Both the position numbers and the translations under genes were made by a program. Positions 11,115-21,955 of a stretch of DNA of 64,000 nucleotides are shown here, in pieces. The notes below the pieces were generated by a model. It saw only the letters and a list, made by a program, of their open reading frames with translations, searched no databases and was not told where the DNA came from. This DNA is from Macrostomum lignano (taxonomy: Eukaryota). The stretch covers positions 62,001-126,000 of the forward strand of contig NIVC01002473.1 in NCBI GenBank assembly GCA_002269645.1. The letters are read 5' to 3'. Numbering within the stretch: the first letter of the stretch is position 1; every line of letters starts with the position of its first letter.

Positions 11115-14100
11115 AGCTATGCAAATGGCTGAGGTTTGCGTAAATCATGAATTGATATTTAAACCAAACTTACCAAAACAAAGTCAGTTCCGCAGTAACA
11201 ACATAATTTTGTTTTTCTATCTTGAATTTGAGCCCTTGATGCCAAACTGACACAGCCAGATAGTAGTTTTCCAAGCCAGATAGTATCTTTTCTTCCATTT
11301 ATGTTTTATTTGAAAAATCAATAATTTTATTGTCATTAGGATTTTTTGAATTTCAAGACTTTCTACAACTTGCTGTTTGGAGACTTGACAAATAGACAGT
11401 ATAAAAAGCAGAGTAGACATAATGGTAATTTTTTTATTATTGCTTTTTTTGCTTGTACTAATGCTAGCTGGCATTGTGTTTTTTAAAGTGATTTTAATTT
11501 GGACCCATTATGTTGAATGTCAGTGATTTGAGGTTGTATACAATGTTGGGCATTGTTGATACTCTAAATACTTTTGTTAACAATTATTTGTTGTTCTAAA
11601 TACTATTGTTATTAACTGTTTTTCTATTTACAGCATTGTAAATCTCTTATGTCTGACGTCTACATAATACAGGGACAACTTAATACTTGGGATTGAAACT
11701 ACAAAGTTGGAGGCCAATCTATTAAAAAAACTTAGTCCTTAAAAAGCATTACTAAAACACTGGTTGTATAATATTAGTGCTGACCTTTCTTCACATTTTC
11801 ATTATAAACTTAACTGGAACTGGATAAAAAGAAAATTCAAATATCAACTTTTTAAACATAAAAAATATAGGGTTTAGACAAGACCTCTATGATCAAGATC
11901 AAGATTAATAAATAGTTGGATAGTCACTAATCTTGAATTTTTTCTTGAGATTTTAAAACCAAGATTGAGATGGAAAAAAGTGCCAAAAAATCATAATTAG
12001 TTTACATTTCAACTCTTGAAGTTATTTCAAAATTAGCAGTTGTGATATTATTTAACACCTTAAAGATTGGTGAAAATATTAAAGAGCTGGAGCAAATATG
12101 ATAAGTACTTTTAGGATACCCCTTATATTAGATTTTGAACTTTTTTACAAGTTACAATTAGTCCAAATAAGAAAACAGTAATATAATATTTATTTAAAAA
12201 CTAATCTTATCCTTTTTTGCTTAAATTCATCCTTATTAAAGAACTTTTAATAGACCTAAAAGCTGGCTAAAAATGAAAATCACTAATAAATATATGGGGG
12301 AATATCTGGACAATAGGCTATATATATATATATATATGCAATATTTCCTGGCACTTTTATAGCAAGCTACTTATACATAAAGTTTAAATTATTAAAGCAA
12401 AAAAGATTCTTAAAATGTTATTTATTTGGTTTAATGTTTAAATAAAAATGCTACAATTTTTATTGGATATAGAGATTTTAGAAAATAAGGTAAAACATTA
12501 TCTGCTTGCAATAAGCAATATCTGCTTTTCTATTGTTTACTTCAACTAGTTTTTCCATTAGAAACAATTGTTAGCAGTGAACAATAAAGCAATGAAATAT
12601 ATTTTAAAACAAAAACAGCATTTTATTAGAACATTTTGTCTAAGATATTTATAGGGTTTATTTACTATTAGTTTATACCATTTTTATTTAGATAAATATA
12701 GACATCCTTGGTTTTTTATCTGTTTTATTTCTCCTTGATTTTAATCATTTACCCCACCTCTGTGCATTCCCACTATAGAGTATATGAGGGGTAATGGCCT
12801 TCTCCAGTGGTTGGCCCCTTTTGTATATTCACTGGACAGCCATTTGTTTATTTAAATCTATTTTCCATTCTAATTGAAATTTCAATGGTAGTTCTCTAAG
12901 CTTATTGCTATATCAAGCCTCTATTTCTCTAGTGCATTCCCTGTCTAATTTGTGGTTAGCATCCTTGATTGTCCTATGCAACTGTCATCTAGCGCAATGT
13001 CTAATGACCCCATTTAGGAGAACACTGCCCAGGCCCCAGGCCAAGTTTTGAAAACACCCAACCTGGCAGCCATTCAGTCTCAAGCACTGTGGCTCCACCT
13101 AGATGAGGTGGCTATTGCACGCACCTTTTGGCTATGGCCTCTAGGGCTATGCTAGCCTATATCCACCTGTAACAAGCTCTAGAGGAGGCTTTCTACTAGG
13201 CAGTCAGAAAAGGTTGCATCTAGTTACATGCTCCATGGCGAGTTCTTTGCAGGCTTATGTCACTAGATACAATCTGTGATCTGCTTGACAAGCAACTCAG
13301 GTATGCTAAAAACTGAAGAGCACTTGCGGCACAGACTAGCCAAAACCTGACAAGCTTTGGCTTTGTTTCTGGCCTTTGCCTATTTAGAGGCTAGCCAGCT
13401 CTAGGAAGAATGGATCCCTAGGCTCATACAGTTCTGGGACAAGGCAGTCAAGAAATGCCTAGAATGCCTACATCTTGATAAAGTGGGACAAGTGCACATA
13501 TTGGGATGGCCACTCAGTTTGGCCATGGCAACAGGCCCACCTTGGCTATCAAGAATTGAGCCCCAGGGTGGAGCTAAGCAAGGCACGTGGCCTGCAAATC
13601 TTGGCGGCCAAGCACCCACCAGCCGCAGCCAGTGCCCCTAAGCAGCAGCTAGCTGCTCATTTTGCCCTGATGCTGCATAGCATCCCTATGTATATGGCAA
13701 GTGGTTGCCACTTATTTTTGAAAGACATTGAAAGTTGAATGAAACATTTTGCATATGAACTTTGCATTTTTTGTGACCAGCACCAGAACTATTTTTCTAC
13801 CCTCAGGGCTACTTTGCATTATTTTTCTAGTCCTAGCTCTCTTGGCTATGGTTTTTAGTTCCCAGTCCCTGGTCCTCTCATGTCCCCCTGTTGGTTTTTT
13901 GTTTTTTTCCTTTTGGTCCTCTGCTTTTTCTGTTAGTCTATCCCTTGTATCCTTTCCCTATCCTATTTTGTACAAATGCTGCCCTATATATTAGCATGGT
14001 TGCCACTTGCTATATATTATGTGAATTGTGCATTTTGCTCTTTTCAACTTTTACTGCTCCAAAAAAACCTTTTCCTATTATTTTCTTTGTGACTATTAAC

Positions 14101-14159
14101 TGTCTGACTAGTTTTAACTTTCTTCAAAGTACATAGCTCAGCACCATGGCACCAGGTCA

Positions 14160-15626
14160 CTTTCACAAGCGCTGATTTTCATAACCACTAACAATAGACT
14201 TTCACAAGCACTAAACTTCACAAATGCTAAACTTCAGAATAGCAAAACCACCTACTTTTACAAGTGCTAAATTTTAGAATAGCAAAACCACCTACTTTTA
14301 CAAGTGCTAAACTTCAGAATAGCAAAACCACCTACTTTTATAAGCGCTAAACTTCAGAATAGTGAAACCACCTACTTTTACAAGTGGCTCATTCCATATA
14401 AGATGGACATATTTGGAAAATAGAAAAAAGTCAATATTTTTGCTTGCCATTGCCTTATAAGCCTATTTTTTTACCAAATGTTTTTTATGTGCAATATATA
14501 CAATCTAAGAATAAATTAATGGTAAAATGTTGGATTAGTATGTTATCAATTGGCAAAAAGTCATTTTTGTAAAAATTTAGACATTTTTTGAAGCAAAAGA
14601 CATCATTAAGATTTTGTACCTTTTAAAAACAGATAGAAAGCTTTTGAAGGTTGAAACAAACTATAGATAAAAGTATAGTACTTGCATCATCAGATAAAAA
14701 CATTGGTAACCAAAAAATCTATTATATTTTTAATGTATTAGTACCTCAAAGTTACTAAATTGACAGAAAAAAATGTTATGACCATAATGTTACGACCATA
14801 AGGCTGCCTTTTCTTTTGTATCTTTGTTGCCTTTTGAGTTTATATATTCTAATAAAAGAATATGATTTCTAAAGATGTTCTTAGTCAAATTTTAAAAATG
14901 TATTGCAAAATATCAAAAATGAAAAATGTTATAAGACATTTACCTTTTAGTTTCTATATGTCAAAAATCCTGTTGTTACAACCATAAGTGTCATTTAAGG
15001 TTTAATAGCATCTATACTAATGATGATATCTATATGAAACTCTATAAATATATTCTAGACAAAATAATATTTCATTTAAAATATTGGTTTAGTATATTCT
15101 ATTATTAGATTTCATTTTATAAGTAAAAATTGCCTGTCATGTTCCGACCGTGCTTATATGGAATGAGCGAAGTGCTAAACTTCAGAATAGCAAAACCACC
15201 TACTTTTACAAGTGCTAAACTTTAGAATAGCAAAACCACCTACTTTAACAAGCACTAAACTTCATAACCACTAAAACACAAATGTTGCCTACTTTCACAA
15301 GCACTAAACTTCATAAATGCTAACCTTCACAATCCTAAAACACAAATGTTGGCTTCTTTTACAAGTGCTAAAATGTTAATATACTATATATACTAATATA
15401 CTATTTTAGCGCTTGTGAAAGTAGACAACATTTGTGCTTAGCATTTGTGAAGTTTAGCACTTGTGAAAGTAGGTGGTTTTGCTATTCTAAAGTTTAGCGC
15501 TTGTGAAATTTAGCATTTATAAAAGTAGGTGGCGAATTTGTAGCTATGATGAAGTTTAGCAATTGTGAATTTTAGCGCTTGTGAAAGTAGGTGAGTCAGC
15601 GCTTATGAAAATTAGCGCTTGTGAAG
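14160..15626. mobile_element. Foldback-like element with inverted arms built of 40 bp tandem repeats
   Basis: Left ctttcacaagcgctgattttcataa versus right ttatgaaaattagcgcttgtgaag; 40 bp unit caagtgctaaacttcagaatagcaaaaccacctactttta, direct on the left and inverted at 15400-15620. Confidence 0.7.
14387..15168. mobile_element. MITE-like insertion with 16 bp TIRs nested in the foldback arm
   Basis: GCTCATTCCATATAAG ... CTTATATGGAATGAGC; aagtg occurs on both flanks and the 40 bp repeat resumes in register. Confidence 0.7.
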
Positions 15627-18001
15627 CCTTCCTATGTAATCTATCTTTGTCATTAAATTTTATTTTAGTAACAACCATTTGCTATTTATATTATTTATTA
15701 ATAATAGCAATAATAACCATTAGACAAATATTTATTCTTCATAAGTTAATTGAAGCCTATAGCATTATCCTGAACTATTTGCCCATAAGGCATAAAACAA
15801 CCTAAAGTTCTTATCTCAAAGAAAGCTTTGAGACTTTAATGTTCCATAATATGTAAATTATGGTGGTGGCAGCACTAATCTACTGCAATTAATCAGCTAA
15901 GCATTTATGTATATTGAATTTCATTGTCTAAAGAACCAATTTGAATAATTATGCCTAATAAAGACCACTTGACTATGACAATGACTACCTTTCCCTTGGA
16001 GTTAAGAACACCAGTAGTCAAAGTAAAACAGGAAAAATTTTGTTAAGATTCATCTGCACAATTTTTTTAGAATTATTTGTATAAACCTAATGCTAGTAGA
16101 AATTTAAAGTTTAAGCCACCCTACCTTTAGAGTCAGCAATCGACAACCACTAGAGAAATTTTCTTCTTCTCTACCCCTACTTTACCCACATTAAATTATT
16201 TTAATATGCATTAGGCCTACATATTCTAGCATTACTAGGCCTAATATGGCTAGAAGATCACTAGCACTAACTACAATTATAATTCCTATGGAAATAAAGC
16301 CTAGCATTGAACTTTGCAACATCTAGCATAACTATTGGGAATTAGTATAAGCCATATCTACTAGGCCTAGTCTTGCCACAATATGCTGGCTTGCAAAATA
16401 CCATATCTTGGGCAACATTACAAATCAATAATTTAATGCAGGAAACCAAAAGATTGCCAAAATATAAATATATAATGTACTTTTTAGATTTAATCATTGA
16501 TGTTGTGACCACATTTCCTATATCCTAAAATATAAATATATTATAAGGTAGAGCCTAGATTTAGGAATGGGCATCTTGATAATAGATTAAAATGCTAATA
16601 ATTTCAATTGTTTAAACTTGAAGATTGTAGTTTAGAACTTTAGAGCTAGGCATTTCCATTGTTAGTATATGGACTTTGAATTAGTTTTAGACTAGTTGGT
16701 TTGCTTTGGTACATTATAAAATATACATACCTTAATTCTAAATCTTAATTTATAGCTTATAATATAGATAGGCTAGGTCTATGCCTAATATTTTATACTA
16801 TTTACAAAATTAGACTTACACTTAGACTAGGTGTAAAATTGTAAAAATAAAATAAAGAACCTTCTTGCTTGCGGCTAATGATATAGATAGGCCCTGATAA
16901 TGCTAATGTAGTTTAGTTAGTGTTAGTAAGTAGATAGCAATCAAATTAAATTGGCACAATTTAAAATCAAGTTGATTTCAAAAACTTAGATGTTCTCAGC
17001 AAATAAAGAGAACAGAAGACATTTCATTCAAAATTTCAGAGTTTAGCATACTTCTGATATGAAGTTCAGCCTTATAGCATATGCAAATGCAACAGTTATA
17101 AATATATATAAGAACAATAGCCATAAAGGGTAGGCCTAGAGTATGAACAATGGTGGCATGGCAACAAGGGGGCACAAATAACAAATGTCTATAAATAATA
17201 TTTTTATATAAGGGCAATAAGGCGTCACCATTTGGCATTTTTCGATTTTTGATTGGCCTGTTGTTGCGAATTTGTAAAGTAGGCCTATCTACACCTGATC
17301 TGAGCTAGGCCTAGCCCGCCTAGCTAATATAAATTTTGTGTTAGAGTGTTTGGTTTGATTTTGGTTTGTTTGATTTGAGATATTTGAGATAACAGTGATT
17401 AAGATATCGGGATCATTTTGTGGCATTGGGGTTGCCACCATTTAATATTTTTCATTTTAAATGCGCGCCCGTGTTTTTCTTCGTGAATACCAACCCGTGC
17501 GGCCAACCATTGTTATATGACATCAACCCCCTCCTCTTGTTGGCCCCGTGTGTGGACCCACCGTTGCTATTCAGTTTCCCATCGTTGGCTAAAAGCCTTT
17601 TCATTAGTTGGAATTAAGCGGTTCATTATATATTTTCTGTGTAATTTCTCCTTTAACCATAGTATGGCCCCCTTGTTGGCTAATCTTTCCCCCATGCTTT
17701 GGACGTTGCCCTACTTTTGCTTATATAAACTACTCATGCTCAGTTGCCAATTTTTCTAACTTTCTTCTTGCGCGATCGCTCCCTCACTATCTTGTCTGTT
17801 TATCTCTACAGTTCATTAATTTATTAGTTTATTAGCGCACCGGCGCCCGTGTATTCATCATCGTCATTATATTACTCATTAATCCATAAATAACCTGCTT
17901 TAAAATTAATAACCATAATTACTTTAATAAATAACAACAAATTAACGCTTAATATTTATTCCGTTGACTTAAGCCATAGCCTATCTGGAATCCTTTGCCC
18001 G

Positions 18002-19793
18002 TGTAGAAAAAATACTAACTAAACTAAATTAGATGTTAAATTGAATACTAAGATACGCCAGTAAGTGGGCGCAGGGCCCAAACAAGTATATTTATACCAG
18101 ACATTAACTTAGGGGGTTTGAATTGCAGATAATAAAGAGAGGGGTGGAGTGCGCGACTAAATAGAGAGGCGAGAATGGAGAACCAATCAGAACGCAGCAA
18201 GGGAGAGAGAGATAAGAATAACAAGATTGAGCTAGACAGAGAGAGAGAAAACGGAGTAAACAGAGACAAGTGAAGGTGAACTAAAGAACTGACTAGGAAA
18301 GTCGCGACACTCCCCCCAAAAAATGGAACATTTTTTGAATTTTCGAGTACCATTACCAATTGAAATTAATGAGTTAGAATTAGGTCGAATTAAATTGAAA
18401 AACACATTCACAATAAATGGTGTATAAAACGATTTGAAAAATACATAATGACTAAGAATTTGAATACAAAAACAGTAGAGCGAATGCAAAATATTAAGAC
18501 CGAATTTTAAACTTAGATTTTTATTGAGTAGTTTTTGAACCAATGAGAAGACTGAAAAGACTGAATATATCCACCCTCCCCCTTAAAAATTAGCAATTTT
18601 TAATTGTAAATGGCTAGTACAGTTTAGAGAAAACATTAACATTGTCAGTTGAGTAAGAGAGCTGAGATGAGAGAGATGAGATGAGATGAGAATCAAGTTG
18701 ATGAAAAGAACAACTGGAGACGACTAGAGACAACTGGAGACACTGACAAGAGAGGAGGGGACCGAGTGAAGAAAGTTTGACAAAGACCGGTGAGATTGAC
18801 TGCCGACACCGACTCCGAAGACGTGACGACGGCCCGAGTTGAATTGTGAATATGCCGCCGGCACCGACTCCGAAGACGAGACCGACAGCCCGAGTTGAAA
18901 TGCGAATATGCTGCCGGCACCGACTCCGAAGACGAGACCGACAGCCCGAGTTGAAATGTGAATATGCTGCCGGCACCGACTCCGAAGACGAGACCGGCAA
19001 CCAGAGATGAGACGATTGAGAGGCCGGCAGACGAGACGATTGAGAGGCCGGCAACCAGAGACGAGACGATTGAGAGGCCGGCAACCAGAGACGAGACGAT
19101 TGAGGCCGGCAACCAGAGACGAGACGATTGAGAGGCCGGCAACGAGACGATTGAGAGGCCGGCAACCAGAGACGAGACGATTGAGAGGCCGGCAACCAGA
19201 GACGAGACGATTGAGGCCGGCAACCAGAGACGAGACGATTGAGAGGCCGGCAACGAGACGATTGAGAAGCCGGCAAGCAGAGACGAGACGATTGAGGCCG
19301 GCAACCAGAGAGGAGACGATTGAGAGGCCGGCAACGAGACGATTGAGAGGCCGGCAAGCAGAGACGAGACGATTAGGAGTCGATGACGGGATGACGAGAT
19401 GACTGGTGTAGGGCTACGACAACGACGATGGCATGGCCTTTGCCAGCCTTACTGTATTGACTGAATTATTTTTCATTGGGCGCCATGTAGAAAAAATACT
19501 AACTAAACTAAAAACTATTTAATTGGAGTTAAATTGAAGGAGCAGTAAGTGGGCGCAGGGCCCAAACCGATATATTTATAGAACATTTAACTTTGGGGGG
19601 TTGAGCCTAGAATAATAAAGAGAGGGGTGGAGTGCGCGACTAAATAGAGAGGCGAGAATGGAGAACCAATCAGAACGCAGCAAAGGGAGAGAGAGATAAG
19701 AATAACAAGATTGAGCTAGACAGAGAGAGAGAAAACGGAGTAAACAGAGACAAGTGAAGGTGAACTAAAGAACTGACTAGGAAAGTCGCGACA
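18002..19793 (-). mobile_element. Complete non-autonomous TRIM-like LTR element (308 bp LTRs 19486-19793 and 18002-18309)
   Basis: TG...CA termini; 5 bp TSD GCCCG (17997-18001 and 19794-19798); minus-strand PBS TGGCGCCCAA (tRNA-Lys-type) abutting the 5' LTR; PPT GGGGGGAG abutting the 3' LTR; non-coding interior of ~54 bp and ~30 bp tandem repeats. Confidence 0.93.
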
Positions 19794-20288
19794 GCCCGTG
19801 GGGCGTAAAATAACCGAAATCTCATCTCAAAGAAAGCTCTGAGATCACTAAACGTTCCGTAATACGTAAATTACGGTGGTGGCAGCAACTACCCTACTGA
19901 CAGTAATCAGCTCTGCAAATCGACACATTACTTTACGGTGTCAATCTCCGGTGTCTACCATCTGAACGACCGTGCCGCTCTAACGACCGCTCTGCTACGA
20001 TTACGACTACCCTCCCCCCGGAATTTGAGGACCCCGGCTGTCGGAGTAAAAGGAGAAGAAATTCGTGGTGATTCGTCTGCGCGATTTTCCGGCTTTATTC
20101 GTGTTTCAACAACGCCGGCGGCAATTCATACGAGGAATCCGCCCCACCTCACTGGTGTCAACTAATTTAAAATAACCCACCAATTTCCAAATCTTGTTAT
20201 ATCTTCTCCACCCCCACCTCATTGGTGTCAGCTAAGTGGGATAACGAGACGCCAAAACCCATTCGACGAGTCGTTCAGAATCTACGCT

Positions 20289-20575
20289 ATGGCCTCAACT
20301 ACTAGTCCAACGGCCGCGGACGCGACAGCTGACGCAGCAGGCCCCGACAACTCAACAACTAGACCTACCTACGACGAAATGATTCGCGCGGTGACCGAAG
20401 AAGTGTGCCGGCGACTGGAGCAGACCAGCCTGGGCCAGCCGCAACACCACCATCATGTGTACCAGCAGCCCCAGCAGCCGGATCGAGCTCCAGCGCCAAA
20501 ACCGGTCAAGATCCAGCGTTACACGCCGAACCAGGAATTTGACCTCTGGATCAAGGCTCTCGAAGAGCGATGCGA
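20289..20575 (+). pseudogene. Truncated gag N-terminus
   Basis: MASTTSPTAADATADAAGPD...PVKIQRYTPNQEFDLWIKALEERC matches 25150 onward, then homology stops abruptly. Confidence 0.85.
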
Positions 20576-21301
20576 TGAATTCAAATTTCATCTGTTTTAC
20601 TCTATGTCCGGCTGGTTGAGGTCAAGCCATTTGCTCTGGGTCTTGTCCTCAAGTCCAGGGGCATTGGAGGTGAACTTTGCCTCGAATCTTTGTTCTGTGC
20701 AGTTGAGCCTGGAAAAATTTGTAGGGGCTGGGAACCCCAACCCAGTTCCCAGAGCCTCTGTTTGCCTTTTGTACGAGTAACTTCTTGTGGAGAATCTATG
20801 CTAAGCACTTCTTGCTAACCTATCTATTCTGTTATTGAACCCTTTAGTAGGAAGGAGCCTGCCAAACTGCTTCTTACTATTATTATTTTTTCTAAACCTG
20901 TGTTTATACCGAAGGCCCCTTTCTTCACTAACCCGTTTAATGTGAGCCATTTGGACACCCCTATTTCAATCAATTCAGCCCAACCCGGGCAGGGTGATTC
21001 TAAACCCCCCCCCCCCTGCCGCGCGGTTATCATTTTTATTGCTCCTTGATTTCACTCCCCACCCTTTTTTCAAGCGAGCCCTCAGTTAGAGTACACGCGG
21101 GGTGACTATTTCCGTGTTTGGCCCATTTTGGCCGCTGAATGGCCCAAAACTTTGTATTTAAGTGATGGCCCCGCGCTTGGCTCAATTTGCGAATTTTATT
21201 CAGTGTCTGCTCGCGTCTCCGTTCAACCTGTAATTTTTATCCGAGCACCTATATCTCCTGCGATTTATTTCTGTCTACTGACGACCGAGACACTCTGCAG
21301 C

Positions 21302-21955
21302 ATGGCCGAACCACCGATTGTCGACGTTCCCATGGCTGATCAGGCTCCTGCTGAAGCCCACTATCCGAGAGCAGTTCCGCCGCAGCCCGGAACCGAGGCG
21401 CCGCCGACCCGGGTCCCCTGGCTCAGCGAAGCAGAGGCGGCTGCCGTCGCCGCTAGCACAGACGCCGAGGCCGGCATGGCCCGCGCCCGCGCCCATTTGA
21501 GAGAAGCACTCGAGGAGGCTTACCATCAGGCCATCCGCCGCGGCCGTATGCAAATCGACGGCCCCTGGCGAGCACACTGCCGCCGACTTGGGCCCAACGC
21601 TTCTCAAGATATCCTCGATAGGTTCCTACAGCGAGCGGAGGTCGTCGTCCAGCGAGGAGGACGCTCTCGGCCCGCCTTGGCAATCCTACTCACGCTAGCG
21701 TTCTGGGAGGCGGGTCGTTTAACGAATGGGTGGACACCGCGCCTCCGCGCCTTTTGGGACATGGCGCTGGACAAGCGCCCCGAGCGACTGCGCGTGAGCG
21801 CTGACTTTTCCCTCGTCGAGTTGTTGGGCTGGCCTGGCGCCCAAGCTCCGAGCGCGAACGAGAACGTCCTGCCTGCGCGCGACCCGGCAGCCGGAGCCCA
21901 GCGAGGCCGCCCAGCTCGCCGTGGAGGACGAGCCCAAGGACAAGGACGAAACTGA
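21302..21955 (+). CDS. Orphan 217 aa accessory ORF of the Gypsy-like element (function unknown)
   Basis: GC-rich open frame (MAEPP...GQGRN) just upstream of the LTR; a diverged pseudogenised homolog sits at the equivalent position at ~13000-13620. Confidence 0.7.
   Translation: MAEPPIVDVPMADQAPAEAHYPRAVPPQPGTEAPPTRVPWLSEAEAAAVAASTDAEAGMARARAHLREALEEAYHQAIRRGRMQIDGPWRAHCRRLGPNASQDILDRFLQRAEVVVQRGGRSRPALAILLTLAFWEAGRLTNGWTPRLRAFWDMALDKRPERLRVSADFSLVELLGWPGAQAPSANENVLPARDPAAGAQRGRPARRGGRAQGQGRN

Larger units (their letters stand above)
12720..16200 (+). mobile_element. Heavily C-to-T mutated old copy of the Gypsy-like family (3' internal region, accessory ORF pseudogene, LTR with insertions, PBS, start of leader)
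   Basis: Pseudo-ORF ALEEAFY*AVRKGCI*LHAPWRVLCR...EWIPRLIQFWDK...LGWP aligns to 21302-21955. LTR-start hairpin tatggcaagtggttgccac at 13693. Degenerate U5 (gcccataaggcataaaa) and PBS tggtggcagc at 15864. Confidence 0.8.

Noticed and set aside
18614-19402. 247, 213 and 131 aa ORFs inside the TRIM
   Set aside because: Low-complexity translations of internal tandem repeats with no domain, open on both strands.
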